Made by a program: the position numbers and the translations under genes | Part shown: positions 21,409 to 31,694 of the stretch, in pieces | How positions within the stretch are numbered: the stretch's first letter is position 1 | Layout: every line of letters starts with the position of its first letter | Notes under the pieces: model-generated | Seen by the model: the letters and a program-made list of their open reading frames with translations, nothing else | Told to the model about the DNA's origin: nothing | The model's database searches: none | Source of the DNA: Micrococcales bacterium | GTDB taxonomy: Bacteria; Actinomycetota; Actinomycetes; Actinomycetales; Microbacteriaceae | Direction of reading: 5' to 3' | Assembly (NCBI GenBank): GCA_046074285.1 | Contig: JBJTOA010000101.1 | Location: 1 to 57,771, forward strand | Length of the DNA: 57,771 nucleotides

Positions 21409-22320
21409 CTAGTTGCTGTGATTCTTGATTAATTCTCGAGCCGCGTCAAGGTTTTCAGGTGATTTCAAAGCGACAGCTTCGATTCCTGGCATCGAGCGCT
21501 TCGCTAGACCAACCAAAGTTCCACCTGGGGCAACCTCGAGAATGGCTGTGACCCCAGCGTCAAGCATGGCTTGCATGCAGAGGTCCCAGCGGACCGGTGA
21601 CTTAACCTGGTTTACCAACAGGGCGAGAAACTCAGAGCCACTGGTGACAATGCGACCACCAGCGTTGGTGAAAAGTTTGGTTGCCGGGTCTTTCACTTCA
21701 ACAGACTTCGCATAGTCTGCGAGCGAGTCAGAAGCTTCAGCCATGTATCTCGTGTGGAATGCACCAGCTACCTGAAGTGGAATCACTCTCGCACCAGCAG
21801 GGCCTTCGGCCTGAAGTGCCGCGATCGCTTCAGCAGCTCCCGCGGCAACGATTTGACCGCCGCCGTTATAGTTAGCTGGCTCTAAGCCAAGTTCTGCCAG
21901 ACGAGCCTCGACAATCGATTGCTCGCCGCCGAGAACAGCTGCCATCGACGTCTCAACCGTTTTCGCGGCTTTAGCCATCTGATTAGCGCGCTCAGTTACA
22001 AAACGGATTCCGACCTCTGGGGTGAAAACTCCGGCAGCAACAGCAGCTGTGATTTCACCAACTGAGTGCCCAGCGAAACCAGCCACTCCAGCTAGCTCAA
22101 GGGTTGCCATTGAAGCGACACCAGAAGCCACGATCAACGGCTGAGCGATTGCTGTATCGCGAATGGTGTCGGCGTCAGAGTTCGTGCCATGCTCAATGAG
22201 CGCAACTCCCGATGCCGCTTGTTGCGACTCAATCGATGCGCGGAACGAGTCGATTTCTAGCCACGGAGACAGCATTCCCGGGGTTTGTGATCCCTGGCCA
22301 GGGCAAACAACTACCAGCAT
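21409..22320 (-). CDS. fabD: Malonyl-CoA:ACP transacylase
   Basis: PGQGSQ, GHSVGE and AGAFHT. Confidence 0.95.
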   Translation of the reverse strand: MLVVVCPGQGSQTPGMLSPWLEIDSFRASIESQQAASGVALIEHGTNSDADTIRDTAIAQPLIVASGVASMATLELAGVAGFAGHSVGEITAAVAAGVFTPEVGIRFVTERANQMAKAAKTVETSMAAVLGGEQSIVEARLAELGLEPANYNGGGQIVAAGAAEAIAALQAEGPAGARVIPLQVAGAFHTRYMAEASDSLADYAKSVEVKDPATKLFTNAGGRIVTSGSEFLALLVNQVKSPVRWDLCMQAMLDAGVTAILEVAPGGTLVGLAKRSMPGIEAVALKSPENLDAARELIKNHSN

Positions 22321-22332
22321 CGCGAGCCTCTC

Positions 22333-25059
22333 TTAGTTTTCGCCGAGTGAAGAACCCGAGGTACCGGCAGTAACATCGTGCAAGCGGTAGCGGTCAATCG
22401 CGAGTTGAGGTGCAGAACGGTCAACCAGACCCTGCTCAGCAAGTTGCTCAAGAACGCGCACCACGATAGAAGGGCCATCAATCTTGAAGTGTCTTCTGGC
22501 GGCCGCTCTGGTGTCAGAGAATCCGAAGCCATCTGCACCCAAAGTTGCGTAATCGCGCGGAATCCACTTGCGAATCTGGTCAGGCACCATGTGATCGAAG
22601 TCTGACACACCGAGGATCGGACCCTGGGTTTCGTTGAGACGAGCGGTTACGAATGCAGTTCCAGCAGGTTCGTTTGGGTTCAGGAACTTTGACTCATCAA
22701 CCTTTAGGCCGTCGCGACGCATCTCGTTCCAAGAGGTCACAGACCAGATATCAGCTGATACGCCCCAGTCTTCCTGCAGCAATTTCTGAGCCTCATAAGC
22801 CCAAGGAACCGCAACTCCAGAAGCTAGAATCTGAGCCTTGTGACCAGCAGCAGAGTTCACGCTGATTCGGTGCATGCCTCGAATAATGCCATCGACATCG
22901 ACACCCTCCGGTTCAACCGGCTGCACGTATGGCTCGTTGTAAACGGTTAGGTAGAAGATTACGTTCGGGTCTTCGTGGTTTCCGCCATACATGCGCTCGA
23001 GTCCGTGCCTAATGATGTGACCGATTTCGTAACTGTAGGCAGGGTCGTAGCTCAACACTGCGGTGTTAGTTGCTGCCATAAGTGGCGAGTGACCATCGGC
23101 GTGCTGTAAACCTTCGCCGGTCAGAGTGGTGCGACCCGCGGTAGCACCGATCATGAAACCTCGCGAGAGCTGGTCGGTAGCGGCCCAGATTGCGTCTGCA
23201 GTGCGCTGGAATCCGAACATTGAGTAGAACACGTAGAACGGAATCAGTGGCTGACCATGGGTTGCATAACTGGTTGCCATAGCAGTGAAACCAGCCATCG
23301 AACCTGCTTCGTTGATGCCGGTGTGAAGAATCTGGCCTGCCGAGCTTTCTTTATAAGAAAGCAGCAGTTCGCGGTCGACTGAGATGTAGTGCTGGCCCTG
23401 CGGGTTGTAAATCTTTGCGGTAGGGAAGAAGGCGTCCATGCCGAAAGTACGTGCTTCATCAGGAATAATGGGCACGATTCTTTCGCCGAGTCCTGGTGCT
23501 CGAAGCAGATCTTTCAGCAGTCGAACGAAAGCCATGGTGGTGGCAACCTCTTGAGTTCCCGATCCAGCCTTAGAAATCGCGTAAGTCTTTTCTTCTGGCA
23601 GGTCAAACGAGACGTACTTGCTGCGACGTTCAGGTAGGTAACCACCGAGTGCACGTCTGCGTTCGTGCATGTACTGAATTTCTGGGGCATCCTGACCAGG
23701 GTGGTAGTAAGGCGGTTGATAAGGATTCGCCTCAAGTTGAGCGTCAGAAATGTCGATTTTCAGCTCGTCACGGAAACCCTTTAGGTTTTCGAGAGTCATC
23801 TTCTTCATCTGGTGGGTTGCGTTTCGACCCTCGAAAGAGCGACCGAGCATGAATCCCTTGATGGTCTTAGCCAGGATTACTGTCGGCTGACCTTTGTGCT
23901 CAGTAGCGGCTTTGTAGGCAGCGTAAACCTTGCGGTAATCGTGTCCGCCACGGCGTAGACCCCAGATTTCATCATCGGTCATGTTCTCGACCATTTTCAG
24001 GGTGCGAGGGTCGCGACCGAAGAAGTTCTCGCGCACGAATGCGCCACTCTCAGTCTTGTAGGTCTGGAAATCACCGTCAGGAGTGGTGTTCATGAGATCT
24101 ACCAGAGCACCTTCAGTGTCATTTGCAAGCAAGGTGTCCCATTCACGACCCCAAACCACTTTGATTACGTTCCAGCCGGCTCCGCGGAAGAAGCTTTCAA
24201 GTTCTTGCATAATCTTGCCGTTACCGCGGACCGGTCCGTCGAGGCGCTGAAGGTTGCAGTTCACAACGAAAGTTAGGTTGTCAAGCCCGTCGTTTGCAGC
24301 GAGTTGCAGTGCGCCACGGCTCTCTACTTCGTCTAGCTCACCGTCGCCAAGGAAGGCCCAAACTCGTGCATCGTTAGCATCCTTGAGACCGCGCCCGACT
24401 AGGTATCGGTTTGCCTGAGCTTGATAGATCGCGTTGATCGGACCGATACCCATCGAAACTGTTGGGAATTGCCAAAAATCTGGCATGAGTCTCGGGTGCG
24501 GGTATGAAGAGAGTCCGCCGCCGGCGTGAGACTTTTCTTGACGGAAGCCGTCTAGTTGCTGCGCGCTGAGGCGACCCTCAAGAAACGCTCTGGCGTATGG
24601 GCCAGGGCTAGCGTGACCCTGGATGAAAATCTGGTCGCCACCTGAAACGTGATCCTGGCCTCGGAAGAAGTGGTTGAAACCAACTTCATAGAGTGAGGCA
24701 GAAGAAGCAAAGGTTGAGATGTGTCCGCCGACACCGATACCTGGTCGCTGCGCACGGTGCACCAGCATTGCCGCATTCCAGCGCATCCAAGCACGGTATT
24801 TGCGTTCGATTGCTTCATCGCCAGGGAACTCAGGCTCATTCTCAGGAGCAATCGTGTTGATGTAGTCAGTCGTAGGAATGCTTGGAACGTTCAACTGGAG
24901 TTCAGCGGAATGACGAAGCAGATTCATCATGATCTCGCGAGCGCGGCCACGGCCGTGAACTCTCGCTACTGCATCGAGTGACTCGAGCCACTCCGCAGTT
25001 TCTTGTGGATCTTGATCTGGGTTCGAGATGGCGTAAGCATCGCGGTTGCTGATAGACAC
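22333..25059 (-). CDS. aceE: Pyruvate dehydrogenase E1 component, homodimeric
   Basis: GHASPG, GDGE.DE...[11 protein letters not shown] and TGEGLQH. GTG 25059 follows RBS GAAAGAGGA. Confidence 0.96.
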   Translation of the reverse strand: MSISNRDAYAISNPDQDPQETAEWLESLDAVARVHGRGRAREIMMNLLRHSAELQLNVPSIPTTDYINTIAPENEPEFPGDEAIERKYRAWMRWNAAMLVHRAQRPGIGVGGHISTFASSASLYEVGFNHFFRGQDHVSGGDQIFIQGHASPGPYARAFLEGRLSAQQLDGFRQEKSHAGGGLSSYPHPRLMPDFWQFPTVSMGIGPINAIYQAQANRYLVGRGLKDANDARVWAFLGDGELDEVESRGALQLAANDGLDNLTFVVNCNLQRLDGPVRGNGKIMQELESFFRGAGWNVIKVVWGREWDTLLANDTEGALVDLMNTTPDGDFQTYKTESGAFVRENFFGRDPRTLKMVENMTDDEIWGLRRGGHDYRKVYAAYKAATEHKGQPTVILAKTIKGFMLGRSFEGRNATHQMKKMTLENLKGFRDELKIDISDAQLEANPYQPPYYHPGQDAPEIQYMHERRRALGGYLPERRSKYVSFDLPEEKTYAISKAGSGTQEVATTMAFVRLLKDLLRAPGLGERIVPIIPDEARTFGMDAFFPTAKIYNPQGQHYISVDRELLLSYKESSAGQILHTGINEAGSMAGFTAMATSYATHGQPLIPFYVFYSMFGFQRTADAIWAATDQLSRGFMIGATAGRTTLTGEGLQHADGHSPLMAATNTAVLSYDPAYSYEIGHIIRHGLERMYGGNHEDPNVIFYLTVYNEPYVQPVEPEGVDVDGIIRGMHRISVNSAAGHKAQILASGVAVPWAYEAQKLLQEDWGVSADIWSVTSWNEMRRDGLKVDESKFLNPNEPAGTAFVTARLNETQGPILGVSDFDHMVPDQIRKWIPRDYATLGADGFGFSDTRAAARRHFKIDGPSIVVRVLEQLAEQGLVDRSAPQLAIDRYRLHDVTAGTSGSSLGEN

Positions 25060-25215
25060 CGAGTTGTCCTCTTTCAAAAAAATCTCGAGTGGTTTCGAGA
25101 CGATGTGAAGGGTTTTAGTCTGGTAAGACTTATTGCAGTTTATTCGGAATACCGCATGCAGTTGCAGGATTTGGTATTTTCGTCAGGTATCAATTACGCA
25201 AAGAAACGGATTTTC

Positions 25216-25674
25216 ATGTCAGTACTCGTCGGCGACCAAGCTCCAGATTTCACACTTCAAAACCAGGACGGTGTTCCGGTAACTCTCAGCAGTTTCAAGG
25301 GTCACAAGGCCGTGGTCTTAGTTTTCTACCCGATGTCCTTTACCGGCATTTGCACCGGAGAGCTTTGCGAACTGCGCGATAACCTGGCTATCTTTCAGGG
25401 CGACAACTATGAGCTATTGGCAATCTCGGTGGACTCAAAGTTTGTGCAAAAGAAGTTTGCACTAGATAACAACTATGAGTTTGACGTGCTTAGCGACTTT
25501 TGGCCACACGGTGCAGTGGCTAAGCAATACGGTGTTTTCCTTGAAGATCTAGGCTTTGCCGACCGCGCTACTTTCGTCATTAACCGCGAAGGTGAAGTTG
25601 TCGCCAAGTTCAAGACTGCTCCTGGGCAGGCTCGCGACTTCGAAGATTACCGTCGAGCCATCGCAAACATTTAG
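25216..25674 (+). CDS. ahpE: Peroxiredoxin (AhpE-type)
   Basis: [15 protein letters not shown] and SDFWPHG; divergent from aceE; ATG 25216 chosen as start. Confidence 0.88.
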   Translation: MSVLVGDQAPDFTLQNQDGVPVTLSSFKGHKAVVLVFYPMSFTGICTGELCELRDNLAIFQGDNYELLAISVDSKFVQKKFALDNNYEFDVLSDFWPHGAVAKQYGVFLEDLGFADRATFVINREGEVVAKFKTAPGQARDFEDYRRAIANI

Positions 25675-25715
25675 TTGATTTGGCAGAACCTGAAAAGTGC
25701 AGTAATGTTCTTTTC

Positions 25716-25788
25716 GGGCCTTTAGCTCAGTTGGTAGAGCGCCACGCTTACACCGTGGATGTCATCGGTTCGAGCCCGGTAGGGCCCA
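25716..25788 (+). tRNA. tRNA-Val (TAC)
   Basis: Acceptor stem GGGCCTT/AGGGCCC and anticodon arm CCACG-CT-TAC-AC-CGTGG; no encoded CCA. Confidence 0.95.
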
Positions 25789-25829
25789 CAATGAGCCCCT
25801 GAAGCCATTGTCACCATTAGTATTCACTT

Positions 25830-27812
25830 ATGGATTGGCAGGATTCAGGGGCTTCATCACTTAAGCCCCTTTCGGATGCAGAATTGGCGACGGCGCTTTC
25901 TGGCCTTGACACCGAAGCTGCCATGGCGCTACTCGAGCAGCAGACCGAACTAAGAAAACAGCAGCAGGCTCTCGAAGAACTTGCCCGTCAACATAAACAG
26001 TTGCTTGACGCTGAGGCAGCGCAGGCAGAACCAGAAGCCATTGAGCAGCTTTCAAGCGAAGAACTAATTGGCTTCACTGAAGAACCTTTCGAAGACGTTG
26101 CAATCGAGGTTGCTAAATCTGTCGAAGAGCCTGAAGCTGAAATCGATATCGCTGCATCGCTGAATGCTCTCTACGGCGCCGCAAGTGTTCCGGTCGAACC
26201 TTCAAGCAATGTTTCGACCGAGGTTGAAAACGTCGAACAACTCATTACCGAAATAGATGAGGAGGCAGCGCAGCCAGAAATCACTGATCACTTGGTTGAT
26301 GACCTGATTCTTCAGTTCGGTGGTAAGGATGATGAAACAGAGGTTGCTGCGGTAGCGCCAAAAGTTAAAAAACAGCGCACTGAACGAGTGCCAAAAGCTG
26401 CAAGAGCCGAGGGACGCAGCGCTTGGTCACTTATTGCGAATTGGAATGGTTCTGGTGCCCTAGTAGTTGCATTGCTCTGCGGTTATTCATTCGCCGGATT
26501 CCAAACTTCTCTCGGATCTCTGCTCTTGGGCGGATTTGTAGCCTTTGTCATCCTCGGATTGTTTTTTGCCTTCGGCGCGTTAGCCGCACGCCGGGGAAAG
26601 AGCCTTCAGCAGATACTGGCTCGTGCGATTTTTGGTGTTAGCGGAAACGTGATTCCGGCAACCGCGCTATTGCTAACTCGTTTGGTCGGTTTGGCCGTTG
26701 CTCTCATGTCGGCCGCACTCGCGATTAACGTCGTGCTGCCGCAACTCGGATTGTCACAAACTTTCGACGTAAATGTTGGCGGCCTAGAGACTCAGGTTCC
26801 GGGCAACATTCTGGTTGCCGTCGCAATCGCAGTTCTAGCTGGTGCTATTTCTTTGCTCCAGGGCAAAGCCTTAGAAATAACCAGAGTTGTGCTTGCTTCG
26901 TTGACCGCAGCAGCGGTCTTGGGCGTAATCGCCTTTGCGGAACTATCGGGATTGACCAGCTACAGAGCAAACTTCGGTTACGACCTAACCAGTTCTCTGC
27001 AACTCGCAAGTTTGCTCGTGGTCACCTTTGGCTTGCTATTCGCTACCAGTTCTGCCGATGAAAATTCTCGGATTCGGCCAACCACTGTCGTACCTAAATT
27101 TCTCGCAGCGGGCATCCTGAACTGGCTAGTTGCAGGCTTGACTTCATTGGCGGCCGGTTATGCCCTTGCCAAGATGTCTAACCAGTCACCAGTTCTTTTC
27201 GGCGTAAATATGGTTCTCGCAGTGCTGGGTATCTTCGCTATCGCAACAGTTTTTGCTCAGACTTCAAACATGCTGGTGGGCTTGCGCATTCCAAAAGCGA
27301 AACTTTGGTTACGCATTATTATCGTTGCCATCGTAATTGGCTTCGGTAGTTGGCTCTACCTTGGTTTCACCGCCGAGGTCATTTGGCAGGCCATGCTTGA
27401 ACTCTTGCCAGTAGCGGGTGTGCCAGTGGCGGCTTGGCTAGGTATTTTTACTGCCGATGTCGTAGTTCGTCGCACTGACTACCACCTGGTTTCGCTTGAG
27501 AAGAACTACGGATTTTACAGAGGTTGGAATTTCGCTAATCTATTCGGCTGGCTGCTTGCCAGTGCCATCGGGTTTGGGTTGATTAAATCGGCTTTCCCAA
27601 TGCTGACCTGGGTTGGTTACCTAACTAACTTGCTTGGCATTTCTGATTGGCTATCGGTTGCCAATCTAGGTATTTGGGCCGCCCTGGCAGTTGGTTTCGT
27701 CGTTCCCCTGATTTCCGGAATCCCTCGAATCAAACGTCAAGAAGCTGAAACCTTAGCCATCGAGGCACGTCGGCAAGAGTTAAAAGACGTAGTCGGTGAG
27801 TTCGAGGTTTGA
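25830..27812 (+). CDS. NCS1/cytosine-permease-like membrane protein with long acidic N-terminal extension
   Basis: About 12 TM segments after residue ~200; 'RAIFGVSGN' and 'VAAWLGIFTAD' resemble purine-cytosine permeases. Confidence 0.62.
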   Translation: MDWQDSGASSLKPLSDAELATALSGLDTEAAMALLEQQTELRKQQQALEELARQHKQLLDAEAAQAEPEAIEQLSSEELIGFTEEPFEDVAIEVAKSVEEPEAEIDIAASLNALYGAASVPVEPSSNVSTEVENVEQLITEIDEEAAQPEITDHLVDDLILQFGGKDDETEVAAVAPKVKKQRTERVPKAARAEGRSAWSLIANWNGSGALVVALLCGYSFAGFQTSLGSLLLGGFVAFVILGLFFAFGALAARRGKSLQQILARAIFGVSGNVIPATALLLTRLVGLAVALMSAALAINVVLPQLGLSQTFDVNVGGLETQVPGNILVAVAIAVLAGAISLLQGKALEITRVVLASLTAAAVLGVIAFAELSGLTSYRANFGYDLTSSLQLASLLVVTFGLLFATSSADENSRIRPTTVVPKFLAAGILNWLVAGLTSLAAGYALAKMSNQSPVLFGVNMVLAVLGIFAIATVFAQTSNMLVGLRIPKAKLWLRIIIVAIVIGFGSWLYLGFTAEVIWQAMLELLPVAGVPVAAWLGIFTADVVVRRTDYHLVSLEKNYGFYRGWNFANLFGWLLASAIGFGLIKSAFPMLTWVGYLTNLLGISDWLSVANLGIWAALAVGFVVPLISGIPRIKRQEAETLAIEARRQELKDVVGEFEV

Positions 27813-28624
27813 TCAGGCTCCAAGAGATCATCGAGGCTTGTAACGAGCTCTGGCCCGAAGTAAGTGCTGAAGCCTGGGATGTTCCCGGTTTGTTAGTTGG
27901 CAACCCCGATTCACCCATCAGCAAAGTGCATTTTGCAGTGGATGTTACTGCTGCTGTAGTTGAGGAAGCTTGTAATGCGGGTGCCAACCTGCTGATAGCC
28001 CATCATCCGTATTTACTGAAACCCACTTCAAGCCTCTCTGAGAATACTTCCAAGGGAGCGCTGCTCAGTCGTGCAATTCGGTCTAATCTGGCAATTTATA
28101 GCGCGCACACGAATGCCGATACTGCCGAGCATGGTGTTAGCGCTGAAATGGCTAGACGCATCGGGCTTTCTGATGCTGTCGCACTCGAACCACTTGGCGA
28201 AAAGATCGGCTTAGGCCGGGTAGGTATACTCGACGATCCGATTACTCTGGGGACGTTAGCCAGGGTAATTGCAAATGTGCTACCTCCTACAGCAACCGGG
28301 GTTCGAGTTGCCGGTGACTTCAACCAACTTGTTTCGAGAGTTGCACTCTGCGCTGGCGCAGGTGATTCACTCATCGCCAATGCATTTGACGCCAAGGCCG
28401 ACGTTTATGTAACAGCCGACCTGCGCCATCACAGGGTTCAGGATGCGCGCGAATCGGCGGCTCTGAACGGCAACCTTCCCGCCGTGATCGACGTGTCACA
28501 CTGGGCTAGCGAGTGGCTATGGCTTGACATTGCCGCTGGCCAACTGCAGTCGAAGTTTGCGGCCTTGGAATTTGAAGTATCAGATTTGAGAACGGATCCG
28601 TGGGATTTCGTAATCACCCAGTGA
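27809..28624 (+). CDS. Nif3-like dinuclear metal center protein
   Basis: AEAWD..GL.VG, HHP, HTNAD, TADLRHH and HWASE. Confidence 0.92.
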   Translation: MIRLQEIIEACNELWPEVSAEAWDVPGLLVGNPDSPISKVHFAVDVTAAVVEEACNAGANLLIAHHPYLLKPTSSLSENTSKGALLSRAIRSNLAIYSAHTNADTAEHGVSAEMARRIGLSDAVALEPLGEKIGLGRVGILDDPITLGTLARVIANVLPPTATGVRVAGDFNQLVSRVALCAGAGDSLIANAFDAKADVYVTADLRHHRVQDARESAALNGNLPAVIDVSHWASEWLWLDIAAGQLQSKFAALEFEVSDLRTDPWDFVITQ

Positions 28625-28665
28625 ACCAATAACCTTTTATAAAACTCAAAAGAAAAGTTGAAGAC

Positions 28666-29382
28666 TTGAACGTTACCAGTGCCCAGCTCGATAGCCTGCT
28701 TGAGCTAAACAATATCGACCTGCAACTTGTTACAGCGCAAAAGCAATTGCTTCAACTTTCGTCTGACTCCCAGTCACAGCAATTGCAGTCAGAGTTGACC
28801 GCTGCCAGCGCCGCTTTGCTGGATGCGAGTAAATCGATTGAGGCGATCCAGTTAGAACTTAAGAGAAATAACGACGATCTTGCTCTGGTCGAACAGCGCG
28901 AAGAAAAAGACCAGTCCCGTCTTCTCGAGGCCAAGAATCAGAAAGACATCTCTGGTCTGCAAAATGAGCTTGCAACTTTGGCTAAGCGTAGAAGTGATCT
29001 AGAAGACACCTCACTTGAGTTGATGGATTCTCTCTCACAAGCTGAGGAGCTTGAATCCAAAGCAAAGAGTGTCCGCTCTGAAGTGCAAGAAAAGCTGAGC
29101 AAACAGTCAAATGCTACCCAGACTGAAGTTGTCAAACTTCAGAGTTCAATTGCCTTGCAACAGCAAGAACGAAGTCGGGTTACCGGGTTGCTTTCTGCCA
29201 CACTGATTGATCTTTATGAGCACAAGCGTTCGCGCGGTACAGCTGTCGGACTGCTTGTCGGGCCTTCCTGTGGTGCTTGTCGCATGAGTATTTCTGCTTC
29301 GGAATACTCCAAGTTGATTGCCAAACCACTTGATGAACTGATCACCTGCCCAGAGTGCTCGGCAATATTGGTGAGACGTTGA
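28666..29382 (+). CDS. Coiled-coil protein with C-terminal C4 zinc ribbon (DUF164-type)
   Basis: Long heptad-rich helix followed by CGAC...CPEC; standard Nif3 - zinc ribbon - RNase H synteny. Confidence 0.88.
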   Translation: MNVTSAQLDSLLELNNIDLQLVTAQKQLLQLSSDSQSQQLQSELTAASAALLDASKSIEAIQLELKRNNDDLALVEQREEKDQSRLLEAKNQKDISGLQNELATLAKRRSDLEDTSLELMDSLSQAEELESKAKSVRSEVQEKLSKQSNATQTEVVKLQSSIALQQQERSRVTGLLSATLIDLYEHKRSRGTAVGLLVGPSCGACRMSISASEYSKLIAKPLDELITCPECSAILVRR

Positions 29383-30563
29383 TTTCCCTGCTTATCGAAG
29401 CAGACGGTGGTTCGCGCGGCAATCCGGGGCCAGCCGGCTCTGGAACTTTAGTGGTCGATAAAAACACCGGAGAGGTGTTAGTTGAGATTTCACACTTCAT
29501 CGGTATCGCGACAAATAACGTAGCCGAGTATCGTGCTCTGAAGGCTGGTATCGAAGCTGTTGCGCAGATGGCTGTTGAAGCTGAAATCGAAGTTCGCATG
29601 GACTCGAAGTTAGTCATTGAACAAATGTCTGGCGGTTGGAAAATCAAGCATCCGGATATGCAAAAGCTGGCAATCGAAATTCATCAGATACTTGGCGGGC
29701 GTGCGGTTAAGTGGGTTTGGGTTCCGCGTGAACAGAACTCGCGAGCTGATGCACTTGCCAATCGAGCTATGGATATCTCCAAGGATGAAGTCACCTGGCA
29801 CTGGAAGAATCCCAAAGACCTTTCGGTTTCTGCCTCTAGTACTCCGACCGTTGCATCCGTGGTCGAATTCAACAATGAATTGCCATCATCAGTTCGAGCA
29901 CCCTTAGAAATCTCACAACCGCTCACGACGGTTGTTTTAGTTCGCCACGGTAGAACTTCCCTAACTGAATCGAAGCGCATTTCTGGCTCAGGTGGGCTAA
30001 ACCCGGGACTTTCAGAGCAGGGTTGGGATGACGCTAGGCGCGCTGCAGACGCGGTTTCAAAGATTGGCAATAGCGCACAGTGGAAACACTTGAAACCCGT
30101 AACAGCGGTAGTTGCCTCACCGATTCAACGCACGCTTGATACTGCAAGTGTCATAGCAAAACAGTTGGGCTTGGAGTATTCCATCAACCCGAACATCGCA
30201 GAGATTAATTTCGGCGATTGGGACGGCCTTACGAACGAAGAAGCCGAGGCTAAGGACCCCAAACTTTTCAACCGTTGGAAGGGGAGTTGGGATGTTGCTC
30301 CTAACGGGGGAGAGACACTTGCCGATTTTGATGCCAGAGTGCTTGCCGGGATTCGCGAGATCACCGAAAAATTTGCCGGCCAAACAGTAGCTGTGGTTGC
30401 TCACGTGATGCCAATTCGAGGCTTTGTTCGTGCTGCCCTAAATGCGGGAATCGAAAGCTATTGGCGCCCTCAGGTTTCGCCTTGCAGCGTTAGCGTGATT
30501 CGTTTCTGGGGCCTTGAAGCTGCTGAGGTAGTTAGCTTCAACGCTACCGATCACTTGGTCTAG
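29379..30563 (+). CDS. Bifunctional RNase HI / histidine acid phosphatase (RnhC-like)
   Basis: EADGGSRGNPG, TNNVAEY and MDSKLV (RNase H), plus RHG...SP..R...E..FG.WDG...H (phosphatase). TTG 29379 overlaps the upstream stop. Confidence 0.92.
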   Translation: MISLLIEADGGSRGNPGPAGSGTLVVDKNTGEVLVEISHFIGIATNNVAEYRALKAGIEAVAQMAVEAEIEVRMDSKLVIEQMSGGWKIKHPDMQKLAIEIHQILGGRAVKWVWVPREQNSRADALANRAMDISKDEVTWHWKNPKDLSVSASSTPTVASVVEFNNELPSSVRAPLEISQPLTTVVLVRHGRTSLTESKRISGSGGLNPGLSEQGWDDARRAADAVSKIGNSAQWKHLKPVTAVVASPIQRTLDTASVIAKQLGLEYSINPNIAEINFGDWDGLTNEEAEAKDPKLFNRWKGSWDVAPNGGETLADFDARVLAGIREITEKFAGQTVAVVAHVMPIRGFVRAALNAGIESYWRPQVSPCSVSVIRFWGLEAAEVVSFNATDHLV

Positions 30564-30587
30564 GGTTTCACCTCGGTTATCCTTGAG

Positions 30588-30933
30588 AGCGGATGGGTCG
30601 GCCAGACGATCGCGAGGCAACTCGAGGAACGTCCGGGCTCCGCAGAGCAAAGTGGTGGGTAACACCCACTCGGGGTAACCCGCAAGAAAGTGCAACAGAG
30701 AGCAAACCGCCCGAAAGGGTAAGGGTGAAACGGTGGTGTAAGAGACCACCAGCGAGGCCAGTGATGGTTTCGGCTAGGTAAACCTCGCTTGGAGCAAGGC
30801 CATGCAGAAAGCAATCGTGCGGCTCGCACGGCTTTCGGGTAGGCTGCTTGAAACCATTGGTAACAATGGTTCTAGATAGATGATCGTCACCCGTAAGGGA
30901 ACAGAACCCGGCGTATCGGCCGGCCCATCCGCT
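30588..30933 (+). ncRNA. rnpB: RNase P RNA (type A)
   Basis: GAGGAACGTCCGGGCTC and ACAGAACCCGGCGTA P4 strands; terminal helix AGCGGATGGGTCGGCC / GGCCGGCCCATCCGCT; -10 TATCCT just upstream. Confidence 0.96.
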
Positions 30934-31687
30934 AATCGTCTAAGTGGTCTTTTGCTATTTTCGCAGCGCCCAGAATTCCAGCGCTGTTGCGTTTTTGGGC
31001 AGGCACTACTATCGCTCGCAGGTCTAGTTTCGGAAGGAATTCTTCCCACTGCTTTGAAACCCCGCCGCCGATAATTACGAGATCTGGTGAAAGCAAGGCT
31101 TCGAGGCGTGAATAGTACTTTTGCAATCGCTTTGCCCACTCGTCCCAGTTGAGGTTTTCTCGCTCTTTGGCTGAGAATGCAGCTTTTGTTTCGTAATCCA
31201 CACCGTCGATTTCTAGGTGGCCGAGTTCAGCATTTGGAACCAGTGTGCCATTCACGAAGATGGCAGTTCCGATTCCGGTGCCAAGCGTTGTCATGATTGT
31301 GGTTCCTTTGGCCCGCTTGCCAGCACCAAACTTCATTTCTGCAACTCCGGCAGCATCTGCGTCGTTCATGACGTGAACTTTTCTACCGAGTCGCTTTTCG
31401 AACATGGCATCGGCATCTAAGCCAATCCATTCCTTCGAAATGTTGGCGGCAGACATGGTTCGCCCGTGCATCACAACAGCGGGGAAACAAATACCTACAA
31501 CCATGTTTCGTTTGGCATCCGGTAGCGCAGCAATCAACTTAGCTACCACATTGGCTATGTCTTTGGGTTCGCCACCTTCGGGGGTTTCGAAGCGCAAACG
31601 CTCGCCAACCAGTTCACCCTTTTTGGTATCAACCACAGCGCCTTTGATGCCGGTGCCCCCGATGTCGATTCCGATCGCTTTGCTCAT
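30932..31687 (-). CDS. ppgK: Polyphosphate glucokinase (ROK family)
   Basis: GIDIGGTGIKGA, NDADAAG.AE, TLGTGIG and ELGHLE. Confidence 0.93.
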   Translation of the reverse strand: MSKAIGIDIGGTGIKGAVVDTKKGELVGERLRFETPEGGEPKDIANVVAKLIAALPDAKRNMVVGICFPAVVMHGRTMSAANISKEWIGLDADAMFEKRLGRKVHVMNDADAAGVAEMKFGAGKRAKGTTIMTTLGTGIGTAIFVNGTLVPNAELGHLEIDGVDYETKAAFSAKERENLNWDEWAKRLQKYYSRLEALLSPDLVIIGGGVSKQWEEFLPKLDLRAIVVPAQKRNSAGILGAAKIAKDHLDD

Positions 31688-31694
31688 TGTTCTC

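Noticed and set aside
25003-25215. N-terminal extensions in the ORF track (peroxiredoxin; also era, dgt, nadE, glnA, sigA, MFS)
   Set aside because: They overlap neighbouring genes or promoters. The downstream starts match family N-termini and RBS or -10 positions.
11269-25830. tRNA genes as integration sites
   Set aside because: I found no duplicated tRNA 3' ends and no integrase near tRNA-Asn, tRNA-Ile2 or tRNA-Val.
30560-31139. ORFs 30560-30829, 30593-30781, 30774-31139 and 30880-31074
   Set aside because: They overlap the RNase P RNA or ppgK and have no protein-like motifs.
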